Shown here one piece after another: positions 1-9,893 of a stretch of 38,754 nt of DNA. The stretch is taken from NCBI GenBank assembly GCA_043813605.1, contig JBDRKX010000081.1, positions 1 through 38,754 on the forward strand, written 5' to 3'. Within the stretch, counting starts at the first letter, position 1. Every line of letters begins with the position of its first letter. This stretch comes from Elusimicrobiota bacterium. GTDB taxonomy: Bacteria > CG03 > SLGR01 > JBDRKX01. The translations under genes and the position numbers were made by a program. The notes below the pieces were generated by a model. That model was not told the DNA's origin, did no database searches, and saw only the letters and a program-made list of their open reading frames with translations.

Positions 1-612
1 ATGATAAAAAAAATATTAGAAGAACTTAAACACCATATGCCGTTTACTTTTATGGGAGCCCTGACCGGGATCATTGTAATATTCTTTTTCCGCCGCCTCC
101 CGAATGATACTGCATTCAGTATTTTCTATATTTTTCATCCGCTGCACGTAATGTTAAGTGCTTTTGTAACTGCGTCGATGTACCGTATACACGGGTGCAG
201 AAATAGAGATAAAAAATGCAGTTTCCTGATACTTCTGTTGATCGGTTATACAGGTTCCATCGGCATAGCGACCTTAAGTGATTCTCTTATACCTTATGCC
301 GGAGAAATACTGCTCGATCTTCCCAACAGGGGGTATCATATAGGATTCATAGAAAAGTGGTGGCTGGTGAACCCGCTGGCATTATGCGGGATCCTGATGG
401 CCTATGTCAGACCAGGGACAAAGTTTCCGCATTTAGGTCACGTGCTCCTCAGTACCTGGGCATCGCTTTTCCATATCCTGATGGCAACGGGAGACACTTT
501 CAGCATAATCCAGTCAAGTGCTGTGCTGTTTTTCCTCTTTATCTCTGTATGGCTGCCATGCTGTCTCAGTGACATAGTATTCCCGCTCATTTTTGTCGTC
601 GAAAAAAAATAA
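1..612 (+). CDS. Conserved hypothetical multi-pass membrane protein with several His motifs (possible metal-binding permease)
   Basis: 203-aa ORF with about 6 hydrophobic segments and motifs ELKHHMPFT, FHPLHV, FPHLGHVLLSTWASLFH, PCCLSDIVFP. Begins at window base 1, so the start cannot be verified. Confidence 0.7.
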   Translation: MIKKILEELKHHMPFTFMGALTGIIVIFFFRRLPNDTAFSIFYIFHPLHVMLSAFVTASMYRIHGCRNRDKKCSFLILLLIGYTGSIGIATLSDSLIPYAGEILLDLPNRGYHIGFIEKWWLVNPLALCGILMAYVRPGTKFPHLGHVLLSTWASLFHILMATGDTFSIIQSSAVLFFLFISVWLPCCLSDIVFPLIFVVEKK

Positions 613-640
613 GGCAGCCCGATCTTCAACAGGTAACAGA

Positions 641-1948
641 ATGAGATTTATAGGTGATTTTCATATACATTCGCATTATTCCATTGCCACAAGCAGGCAA
701 TTGGTCCCGGAAATGCTGGCTTACCGGGCTTCAATAAAGGGAATAAAGGTAATAGGTACAGGTGACTTCACACATCCCGGCTGGCTTGACGAACTTTCAG
801 AGAAACTTATACCGGCAGAGCAGGGGCTTTTCCGCTTGAAAGATGAGTATAAAGTCAGGGACTTACCAGGCCTATCTGAAAATTCTTCGTTAGACACAAG
901 ATTCATGCTGACTGCGGAAATAAATAACATATACAGGCAGGGTGGAAAGGTTCGGAAAGTGCATAACCTTATATTTGTTCCGTCATTTGACACTGCCCGG
1001 AAAATTCAGAAGAGCGTTTCGCGGTTCGGAAGGGTCCAGTCAGACGGACGGCCTGTATTGTCACTGGATTCAAGGCATCTGCTTGAAATATCACTGGAAT
1101 CTTCTCCGGAAGCTTTCTTTGTCCCGGCTCACATATGGACTCCGTGGTTTTCCGTGTTGGGCGCAAAGTCCGGTTTTGATTCCATAGATGAATGCTACGG
1201 AGACCTTTCACGATATATATATGCGGTTGAAACCGGCTTGTCATCGGACCCTGCGATGAATCGTTTATGCAGTTTTCTTGACAGGTTTACATTGATATCG
1301 AATTCAGATGCCCATTCACCGGAAAAACTCGGGCGGGAAGCTAATCTGTTTGATACGGAGATATCCTATGGATGCATAACAGAAGCTATAAGAAATGCTG
1401 AAAGAAAAGGGTTCCTCGGCACTATCGAGTTTTTTCCTGAAGGAGGCAAATACTATTATGACGGGCACAGAAAATGCGGGATATCCTGGGCTCCGGAGCA
1501 GACTGGAAAGAACAGCGGAATATGTCCTGTATGTTCCAGAGAAGTAACATGCGGCGTTATGAACAGGGTGTTGCAGCTGGCAGACAGGAAAGATGACGAT
1601 GAATCCCCTGATAAACGGAATTTCTACTCACTGATCCCGCTCAAAGAGATATTGTCGGAAATTCTGGGTACAGGTCAGAAATCACTGAAAGTTTCTGCTG
1701 CATACGATATGCTTACCGCCGGTATCGGTTCAGAATTCGCCGTACTCCTCGAAGTAACGGTGGAGGAATTGGAGCGAATAGCGGGGGAAGCGGTAACTGA
1801 AGCAATAAGGAGAATGAGAAATAAAGAAATATATATAAAAGAGGGTTTTGACGGACAATACGGAGAGATCAGGCTGTTTGATAAAAATGAGATAGACGAG
1901 GTGGTTCTTTCCGCGAGGTCATTTTTTAAAAATAGAATCAATATATAA
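641..1948 (+). CDS. Endonuclease Q family (TIGR00375-like) PHP-domain protein with Zn-finger
   Basis: DFHIHSHYS, GTGDFTHP, PAHIWTPWFS, ETGLSSDP, SNSDAHS and GKYYYDGHRKC...CPVC motifs. ATG 641 (MRFIGDFHIHS) preferred over the ORF-track start at 593. Confidence 0.88.
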   Translation: MRFIGDFHIHSHYSIATSRQLVPEMLAYRASIKGIKVIGTGDFTHPGWLDELSEKLIPAEQGLFRLKDEYKVRDLPGLSENSSLDTRFMLTAEINNIYRQGGKVRKVHNLIFVPSFDTARKIQKSVSRFGRVQSDGRPVLSLDSRHLLEISLESSPEAFFVPAHIWTPWFSVLGAKSGFDSIDECYGDLSRYIYAVETGLSSDPAMNRLCSFLDRFTLISNSDAHSPEKLGREANLFDTEISYGCITEAIRNAERKGFLGTIEFFPEGGKYYYDGHRKCGISWAPEQTGKNSGICPVCSREVTCGVMNRVLQLADRKDDDESPDKRNFYSLIPLKEILSEILGTGQKSLKVSAAYDMLTAGIGSEFAVLLEVTVEELERIAGEAVTEAIRRMRNKEIYIKEGFDGQYGEIRLFDKNEIDEVVLSARSFFKNRINI

Positions 1949-1964
1949 TAATATGCAATATAGT

Positions 1965-1992
1965 TTGACATCATTCCAATAATGTTTATAAT
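1965..1992 (+). promoter_or_regulatory. Sigma70-type promoter for the nfu gene
   Basis: TTGACA (1965-1970), 16-nt spacer, TATAAT (1987-1992): both hexamers are perfect consensus. Confidence 0.75.
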
Positions 1993-2055
1993 CCTGAATT
2001 ATCATACTATACAATATCATATATGTAAATAGAAAAAGTAAATGGAGGACAGAAA

Positions 2056-2277
2056 ATGAGAGATAGAGTGGAAGCTGCTTTAGAAAAAATAAGACCGGCC
2101 CTTCAGGCTGATGGAGGAAATGTCGAACTGGTAGAAGTTACGGATAGCGGTGTAGTAAAAGTCAAGCTTACGGGCGCATGCGGTTCATGCCCGATGAGCC
2201 AGATGACGCTCAAGATGGGAATAGAGAAGACACTGAAGGAAGAAGTACCGGAAGTGACAGAAGTAGAAGCTGTCTAA
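2056..2277 (+). CDS. NifU C-terminal domain (Nfu-type) Fe-S cluster carrier
   Basis: IRPALQADGGNVELV and GACGSCPMS (CXXC) motifs; GGAGG RBS upstream. Confidence 0.93.
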   Translation: MRDRVEAALEKIRPALQADGGNVELVEVTDSGVVKVKLTGACGSCPMSQMTLKMGIEKTLKEEVPEVTEVEAV

Positions 2278-2348
2278 ACTTTCATCTAGCGACTTCAAAT
2301 CAGCTGGATATACGGTAAAGCCCTGAAAAAAAGGAAAATATCCGCAAA

Positions 2349-3191
2349 ATGAGAATAAAATTCTGGGGTTGCCGGGGATCTATCCCGGTTCCCGACGGGC
2401 GTATGATCAAATACGGAGGAAATACTACCTGTGTCGAGGTGAACATAGCCGGCAAGACCCTGATCATTGACGCCGGTACCGGTATAAGGAAACTGGGTGA
2501 GGAACTCATAGCGAAAAAGGTCAAGGATATCGAAATTTTCCTTACGCATTCACACTGGGACCATATACAGGGATTCCCTTTTTTTAAACCTGTCTATGAG
2601 GAGGATTGTAATATACGGATCTCGGGTTGTACAAATTCATATAAACAGATAAGGGACATACTGACAAAGCAGATGTCATATGAGTTTTTCCCGGTGAGGT
2701 TCTCCGATCTGAAATCGAAGATCACATTTGTCGAAGGAGAGTTCCAGACAGATCTTATTGAAGGATATTCCATGAAGACTATTGAGGCCAATCACCCCAT
2801 ATATACATTAGGTGTAAGAATAGACTGTCCCGGCGGCGCTTTTGTTTTTATCACTGATAATGAACTCCACCGGGAAAATGCAAGGACAACATGGGATGAG
2901 TTCGTAGAGTTCTCAAAAGGAGCGGATTATCTTATACATGATGCACAGTTCACTGAAGCCGAATACGAGAGCAGGAAGGGCTGGGGGCATTCTGCTTTTG
3001 AGCATGTAATAGAACTGGCAATTAATGCAGATGTGAAAAACCTCGGTTTTTTTCATCATGATCCTGACAGAAAAGACAGCATGCTGGATGATATCGAAAA
3101 AAAATTCAAGAAGGTATGTAAACAGAGAAAATGTTTATTCAATATTTTCGCTGTTAAAGAACATTCCGGAATCGACCTGAGCGGAGGTTAG
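2349..3191 (+). CDS. MBL-fold metallo-hydrolase (PhnP/phosphodiesterase-like)
   Basis: FWGCRGSIPVP, YGGNTTC, IIDAGTG, THSHWDHIQG (HxHxDH), WGHS and FHHDP motifs. Confidence 0.9.
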   Translation: MRIKFWGCRGSIPVPDGRMIKYGGNTTCVEVNIAGKTLIIDAGTGIRKLGEELIAKKVKDIEIFLTHSHWDHIQGFPFFKPVYEEDCNIRISGCTNSYKQIRDILTKQMSYEFFPVRFSDLKSKITFVEGEFQTDLIEGYSMKTIEANHPIYTLGVRIDCPGGAFVFITDNELHRENARTTWDEFVEFSKGADYLIHDAQFTEAEYESRKGWGHSAFEHVIELAINADVKNLGFFHHDPDRKDSMLDDIEKKFKKVCKQRKCLFNIFAVKEHSGIDLSGG

Positions 3192-3268
3192 TGAACTGTA
3201 TATGCCGGAATTGAAAATATCCTGAATCTCCAGAATTATAATTCTAAAACGGTAAAAACAATCCAAAT

Positions 3269-3297
3269 TTGACTTAGGTTTTAAAAGAGATTAAACT
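3269..3297 (+). promoter_or_regulatory. Sigma70-type promoter for the rnfD-nifS operon
   Basis: TTGACT (3269-3274), 17 nt, TAAACT (3292-3297); AAAGGAG downstream. Confidence 0.6.
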
Positions 3298-3343
3298 ATA
3301 TGGATATTTTACATATTAATAAAGGAGAAGGATTCGACTGTCC

Positions 3344-4339
3344 ATGCAAAATCTGCAGATTAAAAACCTTGAGGTAAGTCCCGCCCCCCACATAAGAGGT
3401 AGTTACTCGCTTAAGAAAATGATGTGGATAACGGCAGCGGCACTGCTGTTGCCGGCATCCGGCGGGATCTATTTCTTCGGGTTAAGAGCTCTTATTCTGA
3501 TAATTACCTGTTCATTGAGCGCTGTGTTTTTTGAGGCGGCATGTCAGTATCTCAGAAGAGAAAAAGTCTCAGTAACAGACGGCAGTGCGCTTATCACGGG
3601 CATGATACTCTCCCTGATAATACCAACGTCGTTTCCTTTATGGGCCGCTGTGCTCGGGACAGCTTTTTCGATCTGTGTGGTAAAACAGATATTCGGGGGA
3701 TTCGGCAAGAACATATTCAATCCTGCACTCATGGGCCGTGCATTCCTTACGGCAGCATTCCCTGTCCTTATAACTACATATACGATACAGTCACGTGATC
3801 TGCCTGCAGCTGCTGCTGCAAGTGAACGGACTGCGGTTGAGGCTGTTACACAAGCTACGCCGCTCGGTGCGGTGAAATTCGAAGATCATAATTATAAAAC
3901 GGATAATTTCGTAAGGTTTTTTCTGGGTGCAAAAAAAGGAAGTATGGGAGAAACATCCGGCATATTGATCCTAACAGGTCTTGTCATACTCCTGGTTACC
4001 AAAGTAGCGGACTGGAGACTTCCTCTATCATATTTCTTTACGGTTTTTGTTTTTTCCGGACTGCTCTGGATTGTAAGCCCGGAGAGATATATGGATCCTG
4101 TTATAACGCTGGTTGTCGGCGGTATCCTCCTTGGAGGTACGTATATGGTGACTGATCCTGTAACTACTCCGGTAACAGCGGCCGGAAAATGGATATTCGG
4201 AGGAGGGGCCGGAATGCTTACAATAGTTATAAGAAACTGGAGCGGATATCCGGAAGGTGTCATGTTCTCTATAATACTGATGAATTGCGTGACTCCCTTG
4301 ATAAACAGGTATTTGAGACCGAGGAGTTATGGGGCCTGA
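3344..4339 (+). CDS. rnfD: RnfD/NqrB family electron transport membrane subunit (no other rnf genes adjacent)
   Basis: SPAPHIR, DGSALITG, KQIFGGFGKNIFNPALMGRAFL, flavinylation-like TQATPL, GSMGETS, MVTDPVTTP, GYPEGVMFSIILMN. Confidence 0.92.
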   Translation: MQNLQIKNLEVSPAPHIRGSYSLKKMMWITAAALLLPASGGIYFFGLRALILIITCSLSAVFFEAACQYLRREKVSVTDGSALITGMILSLIIPTSFPLWAAVLGTAFSICVVKQIFGGFGKNIFNPALMGRAFLTAAFPVLITTYTIQSRDLPAAAAASERTAVEAVTQATPLGAVKFEDHNYKTDNFVRFFLGAKKGSMGETSGILILTGLVILLVTKVADWRLPLSYFFTVFVFSGLLWIVSPERYMDPVITLVVGGILLGGTYMVTDPVTTPVTAAGKWIFGGGAGMLTIVIRNWSGYPEGVMFSIILMNCVTPLINRYLRPRSYGA

Positions 4340-4340
4340 T

Positions 4341-5486
4341 ATGGAAGTTTATCTTGATAATAACGCTACTACTCCGTTATCTGAAGAGGTTTTGAATGAG
4401 ATGGCAGAAACCATGCGGGTCTTCGGAAATGCTTCTTCACTTCACAGTCCGGGAGTAAAAGCGAGAAAAACAATTGAAACAGCCAGGCACAGGGTCGCTA
4501 CTGTACTTGGATCAGAAGAAGACGAGATTATATTTACTTCCGGTGGAACTGAATCAGACAATCTTGCCATCATGGGTTATTTGAGGACAACGGACAAAAA
4601 GCATATAGTGACATCCTGCATAGAACATCCGGCGGTTCTTAATGTATTCAGATATCTGGGGAATACCGGCTATGATATAGACTTGATCGGTGTTGATGAA
4701 AAGGGCCGGGTTGACCCTGAAGAGTTCTGCTCTGTACTTAGGGATGATACGGCAATGATCAGCATTATGATGGCAAACAATGAGGTAGGCGCCATACAGC
4801 CGGTAAATGAGATCGTTAAGGGAGTGAAGGACTACTCGGAAGACATAGCGGTACATACAGACGCAGTACAGGCTTTCGGAAAAATGAGAATGAACTGCCG
4901 TGAAACCGGGGTGGATATGCTCTCTGTTTCAGCACATAAAATAAACGGCCCCAAAGGAGTAGGCGCATTATATGTAAGGAGAGGTTTCAAGATAGAGCCC
5001 GTGTATTTTGGAGGCCACCATGAAAGAGGTCTGAGGCCGGGAACAGAAAATGTTCAGGGTATTGCCGGATTCGGAAAAGCTTCTGAAGTAGCCGTAGGGA
5101 TCATGGCTGAGAATATATCCCGCTGGGACAAGCTGAAGAAGAAACTGAGTGACGGGATCTCCGGGAGTATCAGCGATATCAGGATCAATTCACATCAGGA
5201 GTATGCCATCAGTAACACGCTTAATGTCAGTTTCAGGAATGTCGAAGGAGAAGCAGTCCTGTTGATGCTCGATGATGCGGGTATAAATGTCTCTACCGGT
5301 TCTGCATGTACTTCAGGAACGGGAGAACCGTCGCATGTCCTGAAAGCCATGGGGCTGGATGAATTAGATGCCAAAGGTTCAATAAGGTTTTCTCTTGGAA
5401 GATATAATACTGAAGATGAGATCGATTATGTCATTGAAAAACTGGATAAAGTTATCAGCAGGTTGAGGGAAGTCTCTCCTCTCTGA
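4341..5486 (+). CDS. iscS: Cysteine desulfurase (NifS/IscS type)
   Basis: YLDNNATTP, FTSGGTESDN, HTDAVQ, SAHKINGPKG (PLP Lys), STGSACTS (catalytic Cys). ATG 4341 chosen; 4329 is an alternative. Confidence 0.95.
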   Translation: MEVYLDNNATTPLSEEVLNEMAETMRVFGNASSLHSPGVKARKTIETARHRVATVLGSEEDEIIFTSGGTESDNLAIMGYLRTTDKKHIVTSCIEHPAVLNVFRYLGNTGYDIDLIGVDEKGRVDPEEFCSVLRDDTAMISIMMANNEVGAIQPVNEIVKGVKDYSEDIAVHTDAVQAFGKMRMNCRETGVDMLSVSAHKINGPKGVGALYVRRGFKIEPVYFGGHHERGLRPGTENVQGIAGFGKASEVAVGIMAENISRWDKLKKKLSDGISGSISDIRINSHQEYAISNTLNVSFRNVEGEAVLLMLDDAGINVSTGSACTSGTGEPSHVLKAMGLDELDAKGSIRFSLGRYNTEDEIDYVIEKLDKVISRLREVSPL

Positions 5487-5494
5487 TCGTGACC

Positions 5495-5863
5495 ATGGAA
5501 CAGTATTCAGAGAAAGTAATGGAGCATTTCAGAAATCCGCGAAATGTCGGAAAGATAGAAAATGCAGACGGGGTGGGTTATGTGAGTAATCCCATGTGCG
5601 GGGATATAATGAAACTCTATATTAAAGTGGAAAATGATGTAATAACCGATGCAAAATTCAGGACATTCGGATGCGGAGCGGCAATAGCATCATCTTCCAT
5701 GATAACTGAGATGATAAAGGGCAAGAGCATTGAAGAAGCACTTGATATATCAAATGATGCGGTGATAGAAGCTCTTGACGGACTTCCTCCTATAAAGAAA
5801 CACTGTTCGGTGCTTGCGGAACAGGCATTGAGGAAGGCTATAGAAGACTATAGGAAAAAATAG
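5495..5863 (+). CDS. iscU: Fe-S cluster scaffold IscU/NifU N-terminal type
   Basis: [46 protein letters not shown] 5489 is an alternative start. Confidence 0.95.
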   Translation: MEQYSEKVMEHFRNPRNVGKIENADGVGYVSNPMCGDIMKLYIKVENDVITDAKFRTFGCGAAIASSSMITEMIKGKSIEEALDISNDAVIEALDGLPPIKKHCSVLAEQALRKAIEDYRKK

Positions 5864-6609
5864 TGTTCAAGAAAATCAAAAACGATATTAAAACCGTATT
5901 TGAAAAGGATCCTGCTGCAAAAAACATAATAGAAGTTGTTTTATGTTATCCCGGTCTTCACGCGTTATGGTTTTACAGGATATCGCACTGGCTATACAAA
6001 AAAGGCGAGTATACCCTTGCGAGGATCATCTCACAGGCGGCGAAATTCTTTACCGGTATAGAGATACATCCTGGAGCCGAAATAGGAAAAGGTTTTTTTA
6101 TTGACCACGGCAGCGGAGTTGTGATCGGTGAAACTGCCAAGATAGGTGACGGCTGTCTTATTTATCAGGGCGTCGTTTTGGGCGGGACCAGTTTGAAGAA
6201 AGAGAAAAGGCATCCTACACTGCAGGATAATGTTGTGATCGGAGCCGGCGCTATAGTGCTGGGACCGGTTGTAATAGGCACAAATGCGCGGATAGGAGCC
6301 GGCGCTGTCGTTATAGGGGATGTTCCTGAGGGAGCAACCGCTGTCGGAGTTCCTGCCAAAGTGGGAATAGGTTTTTCGGGAAAAGATATTGAGTCTCTGG
6401 AACACGGCAAACTGCCGGATCCGGTGGCAGATGCGGTGAGATATGTCATAAAAGAGCAGGATGAATTGAAAAAAAGGTTAAGTAATCTGGAATCCAATGA
6501 AGGTATTAAATCACATATAGACAGGATGATGGAAAAGAAGAAAGAAGAGATACTGGAGGAGTTCTCTGTATATATAAAGAAACACAGGAGTGATAAAGAA
6601 GATGAATAA
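5863..6609 (+). CDS. cysE: Serine O-acetyltransferase
   Basis: [41 protein letters not shown], hexapeptide repeats, [13 protein letters not shown] start overlaps the iscU stop. Confidence 0.95.
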   Translation: MFKKIKNDIKTVFEKDPAAKNIIEVVLCYPGLHALWFYRISHWLYKKGEYTLARIISQAAKFFTGIEIHPGAEIGKGFFIDHGSGVVIGETAKIGDGCLIYQGVVLGGTSLKKEKRHPTLQDNVVIGAGAIVLGPVVIGTNARIGAGAVVIGDVPEGATAVGVPAKVGIGFSGKDIESLEHGKLPDPVADAVRYVIKEQDELKKRLSNLESNEGIKSHIDRMMEKKKEEILEEFSVYIKKHRSDKEDE

Positions 6610-7135
6610 AACAAAAAAGAGCCTGTTGCTCATTTTCGTATTGGCCGGACTTAATTTTGTTTGCGGTTGTAATCCTCAAGGCAGTACACCTGAAAAAGGC
6701 GGGGCTTTCAGTGAAAACAATTCTGCGCCTGATTTTACATTAAAAAAATTAAATGATGACGGTGTGTTGAGCCTTTCCGAACTCAGAGGTAAACCTGTTT
6801 TTATTGATTTCTGGGCTACATGGTGCCCTCCGTGCAGAAGCGCAATGCCATATGTTGAAAAACTGCATAATCTAATGGAAGACAAAATACATGTCATAGG
6901 GATCAACCTTGATAGAAATCCGGCCGATGCCGAAAAATTTCTGAAAAAGAATCCTTCTGAATACCTCCAATTATCCGGTTCGGGTACGGATGTCGGAGCA
7001 CAATACGGGGTCAGGGGAATACCTGCTTTCTTTATATTGAACAGAGAAGGGGAACTGGTAACTAATTATGTGGGTTTCAGTCCGCAGTATTATGAAGAGT
7101 GGGTGTCTATAATAAAGGATAAAGTGAAAAGATGA
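6602..7135 (+). CDS. TlpA/ResA family thiol-disulfide oxidoreductase, predicted lipoprotein
   Basis: Signal peptide with lipobox-like [28 protein letters not shown] (cis-Pro loop). Confidence 0.9.
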   Translation: MNKTKKSLLLIFVLAGLNFVCGCNPQGSTPEKGGAFSENNSAPDFTLKKLNDDGVLSLSELRGKPVFIDFWATWCPPCRSAMPYVEKLHNLMEDKIHVIGINLDRNPADAEKFLKKNPSEYLQLSGSGTDVGAQYGVRGIPAFFILNREGELVTNYVGFSPQYYEEWVSIIKDKVKR

Positions 7136-8064
7136 AGGTCTCTCTTGTAATTCCTGTATTTAATGAGGGCGAGAACCTGAGCCTGCTATATGATGAACTG
7201 AAGAAGAATCTCAGCGGTACCGGCGGCGGATATGAGATTATCTTCGTAGATGATGGAAGTTCCGATAATTCAGCCGAGATACTCAAGAAAATGGCATCTA
7301 CGGCAAATGTAAAGGTCATCCGGTTTACCCGTAACTACGGTCAGACAGCCGCATTGTCCGCCGGGTTTCAGAAAGCTGCCGGTGATGTTGTTGTTACAAT
7401 GGATGCTGATCTTCAGAATAATCCTGCCGACATACAAAGACTGATAAAAATACTGTTGGATACAGGAGTTGACGCAGTCAGCGGATGGAGGTATCGCAGA
7501 AAGGATCCTTTTTTAAGAATAGTCGTATCAGGGATCGCGAATCTGATAATATCCAGGATATGCGGTCTTAAATTGCATGATTACGGCTGCACATTGAAGG
7601 CATATAGAGCGATAAGTGTAAAAGACCTGAAACTGTACGGTGAGATGCACAGATATATCCCGGCTTTCATCCATTGGAATGGCGGCCATGTGATAGAAGC
7701 CAAGGTGTCTCACCGGCCGCGCATATACGGTAAGTCATCCTATGGTATGGGAAGGATATACAGGGTCATACTCGATCTTCTTACAACTGTTTTTCTTACG
7801 ACTTATTCAACAAAACCCATACATGTTTTCGGCTCTCTGGGGCTGGCCAGTATTACGGGTGGTATAATTGTTTCTGTTTATGTAATTATAAGAAAGATGT
7901 ATCTCGGCGGCCAATATATGAGTCCTCTTTTCTTTGTAGCGGTTTTTCTTGCAGGCCTCGGTCTTATTATGATATTCATGGGTATTATAGCTGAAATATC
8001 CGTACGAATATACTTTGCGCAGAAAGATAATTTTCCGTATAGGATTAATGAAAATAAAGAATAA
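7132..8064 (+). CDS. GT2 family polyprenol-phosphate glycosyltransferase (ArnC/GtrB/Dpm1-like)
   Basis: VIPVFNE, VDDGSSD, RNYGQTAAL, MDADLQN, DYGCTLKAY, YGEMHRYIP; two C-terminal TM helices. Confidence 0.92.
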   Translation: MKVSLVIPVFNEGENLSLLYDELKKNLSGTGGGYEIIFVDDGSSDNSAEILKKMASTANVKVIRFTRNYGQTAALSAGFQKAAGDVVVTMDADLQNNPADIQRLIKILLDTGVDAVSGWRYRRKDPFLRIVVSGIANLIISRICGLKLHDYGCTLKAYRAISVKDLKLYGEMHRYIPAFIHWNGGHVIEAKVSHRPRIYGKSSYGMGRIYRVILDLLTTVFLTTYSTKPIHVFGSLGLASITGGIIVSVYVIIRKMYLGGQYMSPLFFVAVFLAGLGLIMIFMGIIAEISVRIYFAQKDNFPYRINENKE

Positions 8065-9893
8065 TGAAAAGCTTATTATAGCAGTACTGCTTTTCATCTT
8101 TTCACTGATCTGTATCTCAAGTTACATAGGCAAGTCTCCCACATTTGACGAGGTACAGCACCTTTCATCCGGATATGCGAGCCTTAAAACAGGGAGTATG
8201 TCTATAGGATTGGGGCATCCGCCGCTTTTCAGATTGTTTACAGCGCTTCCGCTTTTGATGCTTGACATCAACTACCCTTACAGTCATAAGCTGAATAACA
8301 GTGATACAGGTCCTGACCCGAGGCGGTGGACAATGACCGCGGATTACGATTTTGCGCATGTACTGTTCTATGAATCGGGCAACAATGCCGAAACTATGTT
8401 CTTCTTGGGCAGACTGATGGCGGTAATCGCGGCTGTCTTTATAGGTCTTCTTGTCTATTCTTTTTCAAAATCTTTATATGGAATACCTGCCGGTATGTTT
8501 TCGCTGTTTCTTTACGTGTTCTCTCCGGCTGTTATAGCGAATGCGAGGCTTACGGTAAATGATATGGCAGGCGCCGGCGCCATTCTGCTGGTGATTTTCG
8601 TATTCTCCAGATATGCGTTGGCAAAGAACCGCAAGAATTTTATCTTACTTGTTCTATGTACATCTGTTTCCGTGCTGGTTAAGTTCAACTGCCTGCTGCT
8701 GCTGCCATTTATTCTGGCCGGGCTCCTCATACTTGACGGTACCAGGGGTATATTGAAATTCTTCCTCCTTATTGCAGGCTTTCTGGTGATCGTTAATCTT
8801 ACATACGGCTTCGGAGGCACATTCGATATAAAGGTTATCAATTATGATGTTTTCTCAAAACTTGTGCCATTCAAGCTGTTTGACGGACTGTTCTATCAGG
8901 TATACAGGTATGCGCCTTTACCGGAATATTTTTTAAAGAGTGTTGTAAGGTTGTTGGAACATAGTACGCTGCGCGGGCATAGCGCCTTTTTTATGGGAGA
9001 ATATTCAACTGCCGGATGGTGGTATTATTTCCCAATGGCATTTCTATTCAAGACGCCGGTATTGACTACTGGTCTCGTTGTCTTATGGATAGTCACTCTT
9101 TTCCGTTCTAAAAAAACGGTAATTCCCGAGAAGATACTGATCATGTTCGCAATACTATATTCTATTTTTGCAGTAAGGTCGAAGATCAATATCGGATACA
9201 GGCATATATTGCCGCTGTACCCGATACTGTTTGTACTGCTCGGCAGGGTATATGGCGTATTGAAAAAGATATTGTTAAAGAAGAGCCTCAAATACGGATT
9301 GCTTGTCCTCTACATAATGACAACACAGGCATATTATCCGCATTACCTGCCTTTTTTTAACTGTTTTATCAGGCCGGAAAACGGCTATAAGTATCTGGCG
9401 GATTCCAATCTTGATTTCGGTCAGGATCTTCCGGCATTGAAAAAATATATTGATCAGGAAGGTTCTCCCGACCTTATCCTGTCATATTTTGGCACGGCAT
9501 CAGTGAGCCACTATGGTATTAAGCATCAGGCTTTATTGAGTGTCGGGGCGGGTGAGAGGTCGGGATATGTGAATCCGGTTGACACCAGGAAAGAGTACCT
9601 TGCGGTGAGCGCGACAAATCTTAACGGGATATATTATCAACAAAAAAAAAATGTTCTCATGGCTTGCCGGCAAACCACCTCTTAAGAAAATAGGGTATTC
9701 GATATTCGTGTACGATATAACCGCTGACTATAACGCGGCCGCGTTATTGGGGGAAATATACCGTTTATACCGGCAGCCTGACCATGCAATAAGACAGTAC
9801 CGGAGAGTGCTCAGGCTTACGGATGACAAGCGGATGACAGAATGGGCAAAAAAAAGGCTCCAGGAATATGAAGGAAAAAAACGAGAAGAATAA
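8048..9893 (+). pseudogene. ArnT/PMT-like GT-C glycosyltransferase split by a +1 frameshift in an A10 tract (ORFs 8048-9685 and 9651-9893)
   Basis: SPTFDEVQH, GHPPL, GWWYYFP, NIGYRHILP and DSNLDFGQDL motifs. A10 at 9642-9651; removing one A gives YYQQKKMFSWLAGKPPLKKIGYSIFVY, the expected C-terminal continuation plus a TPR-like tail. Confidence 0.8.

Noticed and set aside
593..640. ORF-track N-terminal extensions (593, 8015, 11464, 12830, 21505, 23670, 25703, 27371)
   Set aside because: Downstream starts fit RBS/promoter positions, gene overlaps and family N-termini better.
4341..5863. Nitrogen fixation cluster suggested by nifS/nifU/cysE/rnf
   Set aside because: No nifHDK/ENB in the window; iscS-iscU-cysE is a common housekeeping arrangement in anaerobes.
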